Below, piece after piece: positions 14,928 through 24,276 of a DNA stretch of 35,274 nt (position 1 is its first letter; each line of letters opens with the position of its first letter). The stretch is from positions 1 through 35,274 of IMG/VR virus record IMGVR_UViG_3300042924_001089. One strand, written 5' to 3'. The stretch is from a virus (Duplodnaviria > Caudoviricetes). The translations under genes and the position numbers were made by a program. Below the pieces are notes generated by a model that saw nothing but the letters and a program-made list of their open reading frames with translations, did not search any database and was not told where the DNA came from.

Positions 14928-15896
14928 ATGTCAGTACAAATCCAAAACGCAGCACGTCGCAAGGCTCCATGGATCAGCACGGCAACATGGGTAAATTCAA
15001 GTGACGAGCAAATCTCTGCAGCTCAAGTTCTTGAGAATGCAAATCTTGATTGGGAAGTTCAACACACTCCACTTTCAACTACAGCAATTAACAATGACGG
15101 TGTGACAGTCGTCAAACTCGAAGACAAAGTTGCTACAACTCGTGTTAACAAGGACGGATCAGCTTCTGTTCTAGGTATCACTTCTCCTACATATACAATT
15201 GTCCAGAATAACGATATTGTCAACATTGTGGATTCTGTTATGTACGAAGCCGGTGCAATTTACCAGTCAGCTGGTGAACTACGCGGTGGCAAGAAGATCT
15301 TCATGGCTGCAAAGCTTCCAGACACATTAGATCTTACTCTTAAGAATATCGATCCAATCGAATCATTCTTAGTTGCTTCAAACACTCACGATGGAACAGA
15401 TTCACTTCGCTTTGAAATCAAGTATCTTCGCTTGATCTGCACAAACGGAATGACTCGTTGGACTAATGCTTCTTCTATCTCTTTCCGCCATTCAGCTCGT
15501 ATGAGTGTCAAGATCGAAGATGTTCGTGAGACTCTAGGAGTTGTTCTTAAGTCAAATCAAGAGTTCAATCTTCTATCTTCTGCTCTTCTTGAGAAGAAAG
15601 TTGCTAACTCTGACTTCTGGTCAATCGTTAAAGATGTTCTTCCATTAGATGAAAACAACATGACTGAGCGTCAACAGAACAATGTTCGTGAGCGTCAGCA
15701 GACTCTTCTAGGTATTTGGAACGGACCAACTCAGGAGAATATCAAAGGAACAGCATGGGGAATTGTTAATGCTTTCACAGAGTACGAACAATGGACCCGC
15801 ACAACTCGTTCAGCTAATGACTTTGCGGCTGGTGAGCGATTCATGATGAATCAAGGAACATCTCTCTCAGATCGAGTCTTGGAGATGGTTCGCTAA
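14928..15896 (+). CDS. DUF932 / TIGR03299-like phage-plasmid protein
   Basis: ANLDWEV, Y.IVQN, SAGELRGGKKIF, NTHDGT, RLICTNG, GTAWG..NAFTEY; ATG 14928 follows AGGAGG. Confidence 0.85.
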   Translation: MSVQIQNAARRKAPWISTATWVNSSDEQISAAQVLENANLDWEVQHTPLSTTAINNDGVTVVKLEDKVATTRVNKDGSASVLGITSPTYTIVQNNDIVNIVDSVMYEAGAIYQSAGELRGGKKIFMAAKLPDTLDLTLKNIDPIESFLVASNTHDGTDSLRFEIKYLRLICTNGMTRWTNASSISFRHSARMSVKIEDVRETLGVVLKSNQEFNLLSSALLEKKVANSDFWSIVKDVLPLDENNMTERQQNNVRERQQTLLGIWNGPTQENIKGTAWGIVNAFTEYEQWTRTTRSANDFAAGERFMMNQGTSLSDRVLEMVR

Positions 15897-15900
15897 GACA

Positions 15901-15945
15901 AAAAGAAAAAGGCCCCTGCCGAAAGGCAGGGGCTTCTTTTTTGTT
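15901..15945. terminator. bidirectional intrinsic terminator
   Basis: A-tract, GCCCCTGCC-GAAA-GGCAGGGGC, T-tract between convergent genes. Confidence 0.9.
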
Positions 15946-15948
15946 CTT

Positions 15949-16545
15949 TTAATCTAAGAATGCAATGTGATTCTTTCCAGCTCTTGTTTGTACTGCAACT
16001 TGTACTTGTCCACCACTATTGATATCGAATCGGATTGCTGTTTTAACCGCTTGTTCTAAGATCTCAATAGCATCTTCATAATCATCTACTTCGTCAATTC
16101 CAAGTGCGTGAGCAGCTCCAAGGGCAAGTTTGGCACCTGTTCCTGTTGTGTAGACCTTGTCTTTTGTCTTCTCTAATCCATACACTTCATCTATAAAGTA
16201 GATAGTTCCATTGACGGCAACTATGAAATCATTCTCAAAAGATGATGGAAAGCCTTCAGATTTAATGTCATAACCTGAGATTCCAAAAGTTTTACGTAGA
16301 TTTGGCACAAACTGAGTGACCATAAACTTGTCTAGATTCTTTGCTCTAGGAGGAGCTGGTGGATTAAAAGCATGTTGGATCAGATTCATGCCTCGAACTA
16401 AACCTGCAGCAGAAACTAAATACTTGCCATTCTCTGCAATTTTGCCCATAGGAGAACAATCAGCTCGCATGTCATAACCGGTTGTTTGAGTATCTGCGGC
16501 AATGATGCAATAGTCATCATGCTGAAATGCAATGAGTGTTGTCAT
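15949..16545 (-). CDS. Ntn-hydrolase, proteasome beta/HslV-like protease
   Basis: M-TTLIA...IIAADTQTT, GKI, TGTG, D..SGG; ATG 16545 exposes an N-terminal Thr. Confidence 0.8.
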   Translation of the reverse strand: MTTLIAFQHDDYCIIAADTQTTGYDMRADCSPMGKIAENGKYLVSAAGLVRGMNLIQHAFNPPAPPRAKNLDKFMVTQFVPNLRKTFGISGYDIKSEGFPSSFENDFIVAVNGTIYFIDEVYGLEKTKDKVYTTGTGAKLALGAAHALGIDEVDDYEDAIEILEQAVKTAIRFDINSGGQVQVAVQTRAGKNHIAFLD

Positions 16546-16811
16546 TTTTCCTCCGTAGCCAGTTCTCCGCCAATAGCCATATAAGCTGCTCCATCTACCC
16601 AACCATCTAATTTCTCAGGTGATTGGACTAATCTAGCAACTTTGACTTGATTCATGCACAATGCAACTTGCCAAGGTTCTACGGTAATGCCTAAAACTAC
16701 ACTCCAAAGCTTTGCAATGCGGTCATGGTTCTCTTGTGGAGTTCCGTAGTCTGCTTGCCTATCGTTATAAATTAAACGTGTTGCTTCGTCTAAGATCTCT
16801 TTGCGATTCAT
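16542..16811 (-). CDS. DUF6378-like protein
   Basis: EILDEA..LI..DRQADYG.P..N..RIAKLWS...KVAR...D.WVDGAAY. Confidence 0.75.
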   Translation of the reverse strand: MNRKEILDEATRLIYNDRQADYGTPQENHDRIAKLWSVVLGITVEPWQVALCMNQVKVARLVQSPEKLDGWVDGAAYMAIGGELATEEK

Positions 16812-17860
16812 TAGTCTAGCCAAACTTGATAACAAGCAGTGACACGACCTCGTTCGGGATCAATGAAGTGGAGTCTTTGAGAAGGAACACCTGAGGCGGC
16901 CATAGAGTCGCGCGCGTAGCGGTTATCGGACTCCGTTGAACCGGTCCAGTATACTGATCCAAGACCATCTGATAACGGTTCTTGTGCATGACGATGGTAA
17001 TGACCCAAGTATATGTCTTGAAAGTTCCAGTCGTAAGCTCCAGCTTTCCATCTGTTTCCTGCTGCTTGCCATCCGGCCGGAGAAGCAAAACCAGATCTAC
17101 CAACTTCATCGCCATGCATAAGAAGAGCTCGATAATTGCCGATCTCAATGCGCTGAATATCTTCAACACCATGGCGTGGATCCCATGTCAGTCTTTTAGC
17201 AGTCGCTTCTTCAGAACATAATAACTGACGAGCCAACTCATAACACATACGGTCAAAATTATCAGACTTCGGTACGTCCGCTCTTTTGTTTCCGATTCGG
17301 CCATGATTTCCCCATTCTGCAATAACAGTTACATGATGGTAAACTGCTAATGCTTGTCGTACAACATCTACAATTAAACGGCTAACTGTTATGTATTGGT
17401 CGTATAAACTAAGATCTATTTCCCATAGTTGAGCAGGATAGTTAAAAAGACCTTCAACCATATCTCCGCCAAAGCAAATTACAACATTATTGACTGGATG
17501 GTCTTGTCTTTGTATTTCTGTAATTTTAGTTGCTTTAGTTGTAAAGTCCATAACTCTAGTTCTCATGATTTCTGAGTTATAACTAGGAGTTACTTTTGCT
17601 CCTTGCCAATCAGTAAGATGCCACAAAGCAACTTCTGCTCTTTTGCGGCGTTTATCTACCTTTGGACCTTCAATTGGCTTCATTGGTCCTAAAGCCAAAG
17701 TTGCATCTTTACATGCTTGAATAGTAGCTTCTACTAATTCTTCTGTCCGTTGTTTTGCTTTGGACAATTCTTTTTGTGTCCGTACAAGAGTCTGACGAAG
17801 TTCTGAAACTGATTCGTCTACTTCTAGTTGCAGTTTCTTGGCGTCGTCAGATAGAGTCAT
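16811..17860 (-). CDS. calcineurin-like metallophosphoesterase with N-terminal coiled coil
   Basis: TDWQ, GDMVEG, GNHG, HGD, GHYH motifs. Confidence 0.85.
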   Translation of the reverse strand: MTLSDDAKKLQLEVDESVSELRQTLVRTQKELSKAKQRTEELVEATIQACKDATLALGPMKPIEGPKVDKRRKRAEVALWHLTDWQGAKVTPSYNSEIMRTRVMDFTTKATKITEIQRQDHPVNNVVICFGGDMVEGLFNYPAQLWEIDLSLYDQYITVSRLIVDVVRQALAVYHHVTVIAEWGNHGRIGNKRADVPKSDNFDRMCYELARQLLCSEEATAKRLTWDPRHGVEDIQRIEIGNYRALLMHGDEVGRSGFASPAGWQAAGNRWKAGAYDWNFQDIYLGHYHRHAQEPLSDGLGSVYWTGSTESDNRYARDSMAASGVPSQRLHFIDPERGRVTACYQVWLD

Positions 17861-18108
17861 GGGGTCCTAAAACATGGGCATTGTTTTTTACGATGGACTG
17901 TAAGCACAGTATTTCCTAATTGAAAACCATGTGATCTAAGAAGGTTAACAATTTGCAGAATAGTAACTTTAGATTGGATTAAGTTTTCTAAAGCATCAGC
18001 ATCTGATGGAAGCAATTGTAATTTAATTTTGCCAACCGTACAAAGTGGTTTACTTTGCTCATTCAAAAGATCATTTATGGCTTTTGATAAGTCCCCCGAG
18101 CTCATCAT
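17857..18108 (-). CDS. small HTH-like hypothetical protein
   Basis: C...HR...CPC pattern; coupled to the phosphoesterase gene. Confidence 0.6.
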   Translation of the reverse strand: MMSSGDLSKAINDLLNEQSKPLCTVGKIKLQLLPSDADALENLIQSKVTILQIVNLLRSHGFQLGNTVLTVHRKKQCPCFRTP

Positions 18109-18302
18109 TACTTACTTCCTAATCCGTATTCTTTTTCGTTTGGATCAATTGACTTAACAATTGGAGCAATAATGGATCCAAGTAATACTGCATATTCAGG
18201 ACGCATATCTGCTGCGATTGCAAGAATTACGGTAATACCAGATGCTGCAACTGCTCTTAAATAAGATTTAATTGCTGCTTTATGCTTTGGCTTGAGTTTC
18301 AT
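18108..18302 (-). CDS. holin-like membrane protein
   Basis: Two hydrophobic segments; directly after the endolysin. Confidence 0.65.
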   Translation of the reverse strand: MKLKPKHKAAIKSYLRAVAASGITVILAIAADMRPEYAVLLGSIIAPIVKSIDPNEKEYGLGSK

Positions 18303-18311
18303 AACACTCCT

Positions 18312-18779
18312 TTAGTTCTTTGGACGTGCAATTGCCATAATTGTATCGTATTTTCTGCGTTTTAGATAGAACCCGTCACCATTAGATTGGCTACCTGTTT
18401 TATTGTCCGACGTATTACCTTCCCATACATTTACGTATTTTAAGGTTGTATTGTGATACTGGACAATTCCTACATGATCAGGTTGAGCATCTGTATCGAA
18501 CTGGAAGAATACAAGATCTCCACGTTTTGCTTGACCAATTGGCACTAACTGATTGTTTTTTGTTAAATACTTAAGCCATTCATCACAAGAAGCATAGCCT
18601 TTTGGTTTGCTTTTTGGTGCAACTTTGCTTATTAAACCTGCTTGGTGATAAACTTTTGATGCTGCCATTGCGCACCAAGGTTGGTTATTAAGTCCATACC
18701 ATTTGCCAAAAACTGTATCGTTGTTCTTTCCTTCGGTATAACCGATATAACTATCTGCTATTTCTTTTAGGTTTTTCAC
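18312..18779 (-). CDS. CHAP-domain endolysin
   Basis: QPWCA, GDLVFF, DHVGIV, EGNT. Confidence 0.9.
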   Translation of the reverse strand: MKNLKEIADSYIGYTEGKNNDTVFGKWYGLNNQPWCAMAASKVYHQAGLISKVAPKSKPKGYASCDEWLKYLTKNNQLVPIGQAKRGDLVFFQFDTDAQPDHVGIVQYHNTTLKYVNVWEGNTSDNKTGSQSNGDGFYLKRRKYDTIMAIARPKN

Positions 18780-18978
18780 TTTTGCCCCTATCAGTTAGCA
18801 TTGTTATTACTAACTCCATTTGTGTTTCTAATCTAGTTACAGAGTCTTTAAGACTAGATCCGCCATTTGGCTTTAATTCATTTAGGAAATGTTTAACTAG
18901 CCACCTTACGGCCACTACAAACGAACCTAGTATCGATATGACCGCAAGTATTAACGCAGCCCAGTCATTCACAGTCAT
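18751..18978 (-). CDS. membrane protein of the lysis cassette
   Basis: N-terminal TM helix, PNGGSSLKD..RLE. Confidence 0.7.
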   Translation of the reverse strand: MTVNDWAALILAVISILGSFVVAVRWLVKHFLNELKPNGGSSLKDSVTRLETQMELVITMLTDRGKSEKPKRNSR

Positions 18979-19111
18979 TCTTCTCCTTGAGTTTTGCTTC
19001 GAGATCCCCCACTCTAGCAGTCAACATTGCTTTGTCCAGAGCTAGCAGACCGATCTGCTCTCTTAGTACAGCAATAACAACATTGATGTCTAGTTCTGTT
19101 GAGTTATCCAT
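18965..19111 (-). CDS. small coiled-coil protein (48 aa)
   Basis: MDNSTELDINVVIAVLREQIG...; not in ORF track; GAGGGG RBS. Confidence 0.65.
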   Translation of the reverse strand: MDNSTELDINVVIAVLREQIGLLALDKAMLTARVGDLEAKLKEKNDCE

Positions 19112-20636
19112 TTGTATTCCCCTCGAGTGTTTTGATACGTGTGTTTAGATCTTGAATCAAAGCCAACATACCTGGAATTACAAAACGTTCATTCCAGTTC
19201 TCAACTAATCCATCTGCACCACGATCTGCTGCAATCGGATAGTGTTCAGCAACTTCTTCTGCAATTAGTCCAGGTACTAGAATTCCTGATCTGTTGTCAG
19301 TTGCATCTAAATAATCAGACTTAAACTTGAAAGCCCTAATTGGTAAACTTAATAAACCACTTGGGTTTAGATCAGCAACTGTTGAAAGATCAACAATTTC
19401 TTCTTTGAATCGTGCACTAGAAGCAGTACTTCGTCTTGTACGGCCATCTGTGTCCATGCGGGTATTGGCAGCGTTTGCGCTGGTTGATGAGTCTTGATTG
19501 TAAAAAGCGTCTAGCGTGTAAACGTTTCCGTTCATCACTACGCCTGTCGAGCTAACTTGCACATAAATGCCCGAACTGTAAGCAATTCGAGCGTCGCCCG
19601 ATGAAACATAAGCGTTTGGGTAGGTAGTGACGTTGGGATTGAAAGTCGAGCCGTAGTGCATCACAATGCCGTCAACAGAAGCTGGACCGATGTGTCCAAC
19701 AGTTGAACTGGATTCTGTAAATGATATTGAGTTAGTAGAAGCAGATACAGTAACTCGACGAGCACCAGAAGAAGTTCTAAGTGTAAAAGCAGTCAATGTT
19801 CCAGCAGTCAAGCGATCTACTGTAATTGAACCTACTGCAATTTCATCTGCTGTAATTGTGTTAACTGCAATTTCAGCTGCAGTAATTGTGCCACCTGCAA
19901 TTTGTGTGGCAGTAATTTCGCTAGCGCCAATTCTGTCACCTGTAATTGTTCCAGCAGCTATGTTTGTACCAGTGATAGTTCCTGCAGCAATTTGAACCGC
20001 AGTAATAGAACCTGCAGCAAGTACTGTAGCGTCTAAAGATGCTGCTTGTATACGACCGGCAGCTAGAAAACCAGTTGTAATTTTGCCAGCATCAAGATTG
20101 CCGATAGCAAGGTTACCAAAACCATAAGCTTCCCAAGCACTACCATTCCATCGATTTGGTTTATTATCTTCAGAAGTATTAAACCAAAGATCACCAACAA
20201 CAAAAGTTCCAGTTGGTGCCGATGCTTGCCTATAAATCTTATTTTTACCATCTGCTGTAGTCTGTGCCGCTGTTGCCGCTGCTGTTGCCGCCGCTGCCGC
20301 AGATGCCGCTGCTGCCGCAGCTGTTTCTGCTGCTGCAATGCCAAGATCTTGTACAGAAACCCAGGCCGTTCCTGTCCAGTAATAGTTCTTATTACCATCA
20401 TCTGTATCAAACCAAACATCACCCTCGGTTAATGGATAAACAGATCCATCTGGCGCAGTTGCTTGTCTGTAAATATGATTTTTACCATTTACAGCAACTT
20501 CAATTGTATCAATTTCAGTTTGAAGTTCATCTACTTCTTCTGTAGTTGCTGCAACAATAGGGATAATAGATGTAGTAGTCATGCCAGTTGTTGTAACTGT
20601 AATCGGTGTAATTACGATTTGCGGACAAAGTGGCAT
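19104..20636 (-). CDS. tail fiber/spike with C-terminal peptidase S74 chaperone
   Basis: SSARFKEEI...F.FK...GLIAEEV...coiled coil; internal repeats. Confidence 0.85.
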   Translation of the reverse strand: MPLCPQIVITPITVTTTGMTTTSIIPIVAATTEEVDELQTEIDTIEVAVNGKNHIYRQATAPDGSVYPLTEGDVWFDTDDGNKNYYWTGTAWVSVQDLGIAAAETAAAAAASAAAAATAAATAAQTTADGKNKIYRQASAPTGTFVVGDLWFNTSEDNKPNRWNGSAWEAYGFGNLAIGNLDAGKITTGFLAAGRIQAASLDATVLAAGSITAVQIAAGTITGTNIAAGTITGDRIGASEITATQIAGGTITAAEIAVNTITADEIAVGSITVDRLTAGTLTAFTLRTSSGARRVTVSASTNSISFTESSSTVGHIGPASVDGIVMHYGSTFNPNVTTYPNAYVSSGDARIAYSSGIYVQVSSTGVVMNGNVYTLDAFYNQDSSTSANAANTRMDTDGRTRRSTASSARFKEEIVDLSTVADLNPSGLLSLPIRAFKFKSDYLDATDNRSGILVPGLIAEEVAEHYPIAADRGADGLVENWNERFVIPGMLALIQDLNTRIKTLEGNTNG

Positions 20637-20644
20637 TACTCCCC

Positions 20645-21733
20645 CTAAAGTGTAATAGTGTAAGGGTCAACTACGGATGTAAAATAACTAACTCTCCAAT
20701 TATCTGCAGTTATAGAATGAGCTAGTCCTTCTACAACACAGTCAATTGTAATGTTTCGTCCATCGTAAGTTAAACGCTTTACTTGGACAAGATCATTTAG
20801 TTCTGTTTCTAGCATATCAGTTGCAAGTGCACCAATACCGATTGCTGTAAAGTCAATCTGTTCTGCTAATACAACAGCATCAGCATCTTTTCTAGCAGCA
20901 TATAAAGCAAGATTTGTTGAACTTGTTTCACTTAAAATAGGAGCATCTAATTTTTTAGACTTAAGTCCATATGTAGAAACACTGGATGTAAACTTTGCTG
21001 TCTTTTGAGCTTTCTTTGGACCTCTAAATACTATTGCTTCGTTGTAAACATAATCAGTTCCAGGATTAGTAATGATGCCATCGTAACCAACACTGTTTGC
21101 ATCGCCTTGGTCACTAAATAATAATCTAGTTGGACGAGTAAACTTATCGGCTAATGGAACAAGAGTTGCAACTCCTGATCGACTTACATAGAATCGTCCA
21201 CCAACACAATTAGCACATTGTTCTAGCATTTCAAGACAACTCATATTTTGTTTTGTCTTTTGCATAACTGTTGTTCCGGTAAGACTACGTCCACCAGTCC
21301 ATTCAGCAAGATCAAGTGCTCTAGTTGCTCTAGCGGAAGCTGCTTCTGAAAAATTACTAGTTGCTAATGCCGGTGCAATTGCTTTGGCAATCTGTGCAAG
21401 ACCATCGACAAATGTCAATGATACGGTAGGGTAAATACCTTGATTAACTTCGTTGTTCTCTAAATAACCTGTATAAATTGTTGTCGAATTGCCTTGGATT
21501 CTTACTTGCATTCCCGCAATTAAAATCCCATACCATGGACTTGATGTGTTGCTTGGATCAAAAGCACCTGACTGATTGTTAAGTACAACATCAGCAGTTC
21601 CAGCTTCTAAAAAGTCATTTTGATATTGACGACCTCTACGGATTTCAACAGATAGCAAAAGATCAGCACTAACAGCCGTAAAAGCTCCACCATTACTAAA
21701 TGAAACTGTAAGTGTAGGTGCATTTGCTGGCAT
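20645..21733 (-). CDS. minor tail (distal tail/hub) protein
   Basis: Follows the tape measure gene; IRRGR...AGT..V.L.N..G.FDP. Confidence 0.7.
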   Translation of the reverse strand: MPANAPTLTVSFSNGGAFTAVSADLLLSVEIRRGRQYQNDFLEAGTADVVLNNQSGAFDPSNTSSPWYGILIAGMQVRIQGNSTTIYTGYLENNEVNQGIYPTVSLTFVDGLAQIAKAIAPALATSNFSEAASARATRALDLAEWTGGRSLTGTTVMQKTKQNMSCLEMLEQCANCVGGRFYVSRSGVATLVPLADKFTRPTRLLFSDQGDANSVGYDGIITNPGTDYVYNEAIVFRGPKKAQKTAKFTSSVSTYGLKSKKLDAPILSETSSTNLALYAARKDADAVVLAEQIDFTAIGIGALATDMLETELNDLVQVKRLTYDGRNITIDCVVEGLAHSITADNWRVSYFTSVVDPYTITL

Positions 21734-23298
21734 TAGAGCACCGCAAACTGACTGCCACCACGTCGGCGCATAAGAGTTGCAAGACCATTTTTAATACCAT
21801 TTACAAGATCACCTTGTGAAACAACAGAACCAGCAACATTGACTGTGATGTTTCCACCATTCATAGTTGTGTTCTTTGCAATATTTCCATGTCCAGCAGA
21901 TGCTAGTAACGAAATTGTTGGACTTGAAATACCAAGTTTTGCTTGTTTGATTTGATTCTTGCGGATTGCTTCAAGTGTAATTGGATCAGTCTCTTTAAGT
22001 CCTTTTAGTCCAAACTTGTTTCGAAGTTTAAGTAACAATTCACTTGCTTTGGCTGCATCGTCTGTCGCTTTAGCAAGACCGTTTGTTGCTCCGGTCATTC
22101 CTTCTATGCCTTTAGTATAATCTGATGCTGATGCAGAAAATCCTTTAGCATTGAACTCAAACTTGCCTAATGAGTCCGCTGCTTTATCTGAATCTTTGTT
22201 AAACTTATTTGCTGCAACACCTATACCTACTAAAGCAACTCCAAATGCTGCTGCTCCAGCTGCGGCTGAGATACCACCTGTAGCTAATGCAGTTGCGGCT
22301 GCAGATGCAAGTGAAACTGTACGAAGTGCTTTCATGACCTTAATAATTGCTTGAATACCTGTTACTAAAGCAGCAACGGCTCCAGCAACTTTAGCTCCAA
22401 AGAAAGCAGCAATGATTACAGCGCCAAGAGTTGCAAATACTTTAATATTTCTAGCAACAAAACTAAACATATCGTACATTAACTTAGCAAATGCTATGCC
22501 ATATCCAATAGAAGTCTTAAATCCTGCTGCAATTTTATCGCCATTTTCATCTACAAACTTCTGAATTGCAGGAATAGCCTTGTTAATAATAAGATCGGCA
22601 AATGACTTGATTTGTGGAATTAACTTATAACCAAGAGATTCAGATGCTTCGCCAAATGCAAGTTTAATTCTTTCCATTTGTCCAGCAAACGTATTGGCTG
22701 CCGCAGCTGCGGCTCCTTTTGTTTCACCTGAAATCTCACGCATTGCTGCTGCAAAATCTTTGGATTTAACAGTAGCTGCAGAAATCTGTGGGAATAACTT
22801 CTTAAGTGCACCAATGTTTCCGCCGTATGCTTTGGCAAGGAGTTTTGATGCTGTATTTAGATCTATATTTTTGGCCGCTGCAATATCCATTGAAGTGCCA
22901 AGTAATGCTTGAGCTTTTCCAACGTCTCCAGTTACTGCAGCCAATCCAGCGAGAGCAGGTCTAAGTTGGTCATCTGCAATACCAAACTCTGCTTGCATTG
23001 CAGTAATGTATTCTTCTGTTGCGGCTATAGCCGCGTCAGTTGCGCCGACTGTATTTCTAAGTGAATTGGCAAGAAGTACTTGAGACTTCTGATCTTCCAT
23101 AGCTGCTTTAACAGCGTCATAACCAATTTTTGCAGCAAAAGCTCCTGCTGCAATTGCAGCTAAACCAAACTTCTTTGCAGTTCTATTTGCAAAGTCACCA
23201 AACTTTTTTTCCATCTTACCAATATCTTTGACGGCGGCTTTTGTACCTTTGTCAGAGTATTGTGTAAGAATGCGGGCGACTACTGCACCAACTGCCAT
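21733..23298 (-). CDS. tape measure protein
   Basis: Ala/Lys-rich helical protein with hydrophobic stretches; tail-module position. Confidence 0.85.
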   Translation of the reverse strand: MAVGAVVARILTQYSDKGTKAAVKDIGKMEKKFGDFANRTAKKFGLAAIAAGAFAAKIGYDAVKAAMEDQKSQVLLANSLRNTVGATDAAIAATEEYITAMQAEFGIADDQLRPALAGLAAVTGDVGKAQALLGTSMDIAAAKNIDLNTASKLLAKAYGGNIGALKKLFPQISAATVKSKDFAAAMREISGETKGAAAAAANTFAGQMERIKLAFGEASESLGYKLIPQIKSFADLIINKAIPAIQKFVDENGDKIAAGFKTSIGYGIAFAKLMYDMFSFVARNIKVFATLGAVIIAAFFGAKVAGAVAALVTGIQAIIKVMKALRTVSLASAAATALATGGISAAAGAAAFGVALVGIGVAANKFNKDSDKAADSLGKFEFNAKGFSASASDYTKGIEGMTGATNGLAKATDDAAKASELLLKLRNKFGLKGLKETDPITLEAIRKNQIKQAKLGISSPTISLLASAGHGNIAKNTTMNGGNITVNVAGSVVSQGDLVNGIKNGLATLMRRRGGSQFAVL

Positions 23299-23299
23299 T

Positions 23300-23857
23300 T
23301 TAGTCTACCTTTCCCGCTGAATTAAGATGATTTTGTAGTTCACGTTTCGCGTCTTCTAAAGCTTTTTCTACTACTTTTTCAATGCGTGGTCTTTCTTTAT
23401 CTACAACTTTCCAAACAAGACGAGAAGCTTTTCCAAACCAGTTAAGTCTTTCAATAAATGATCCACTTTTTTTATTACGTCCTGAAAGTTCAAATACTTT
23501 ACCAGCATCAGAAGTATTTAGCAAAGCACCAGCACTACTTGTGTAATCTTTACGAGTACGTCGTTGTGCTTTTGAGACAGTAATTCCTGCTTTAATTGTA
23601 TTAGTGTCCCAAGCAGGCCAACCAGCACCGCCCCATGTTCGTCCACTTACTGCTGCTGTTGGTCTCCAATTGCGCATTGGAGTATTTGTAGTTCTACTTT
23701 GAATGCTATCAACTAAACGATGAGCAGCACCTTCGGCATTATTTAACTCAGTGTTAACTATTTTGTTAAACTTAGCAACAGCTTTCTTGTCAAACTCTTT
23801 TAGAGCTTTTAGAGTTGGCTCGATGCCTGTTAAAATAATCCGTGTGTCTTCTTCCAC
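23300..23857 (-). CDS. tail completion / HK97 gp10-like protein
   Basis: Basic 185-aa protein in the tail module; assignment mainly positional. Confidence 0.5.
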   Translation of the reverse strand: MEEDTRIILTGIEPTLKALKEFDKKAVAKFNKIVNTELNNAEGAAHRLVDSIQSRTTNTPMRNWRPTAAVSGRTWGGAGWPAWDTNTIKAGITVSKAQRRTRKDYTSSAGALLNTSDAGKVFELSGRNKKSGSFIERLNWFGKASRLVWKVVDKERPRIEKVVEKALEDAKRELQNHLNSAGKVD

Positions 23858-24006
23858 TTATTTACCCTTTGCTCGCTCTTTAAGATAAATAGTAATAGCC
23901 TCAAGTATTCCTTCAGGTGCATCTATTAGATCTATGGGTGAAATACCAGTTTCCACCGAGATAGCTGCTACGTTATACGTTAAGCTGTCTCGGTGGATCC
24001 GAAAGA
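23858..24006 (-). CDS. -1 frameshift extension of the tail assembly chaperone (G-T product)
   Basis: Open -1 frame RIHRDSLTYNVAAISVETGISPIDL...KGK with no own start; TCTTTC followed by a strong hairpin. Confidence 0.75.
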
Positions 24007-24258
24007 ATCATCTGAATCCAATTCAGCAGACGCAATTGTGTCTAAGAATTCTGGACCAAATGGTTTTACAATCACGCCATTAGATTGCATGCACTTCCAT
24101 GCTAACCAATAAACGTGTTCAATCTTTTGTTCTTCACCAAGGAGTTTAGGCATTCCTTTGCCATATTGCTGCTCGAATGCAACAATGACACGAGGAGTTA
24201 ATTTATAACTAACTTCATTGCCATCAACTGTTTTTACTTTGATTCCAAGACCGTCCAT
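23980..24258 (-). CDS. tail assembly chaperone
   Basis: Follows the tail tube genes; overlapping -1 frame ORF. Confidence 0.8.
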   Translation of the reverse strand: MDGLGIKVKTVDGNEVSYKLTPRVIVAFEQQYGKGMPKLLGEEQKIEHVYWLAWKCMQSNGVIVKPFGPEFLDTIASAELDSDDSFGSTETA

Positions 24259-24276
24259 GATTTCCCCCTTGTTAGA

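Noticed and set aside
15949-16835. Upstream starts at 16602 and 16835 given in the ORF track
   Set aside because: They overlap neighbouring genes; coupled ATGs at 16545 and 16811 fit the family N-termini better
20226-20545. Cys/Arg-rich and Leu/Pro-rich plus-strand ORFs
   Set aside because: Antisense shadows of the Ala-rich tail fiber linker
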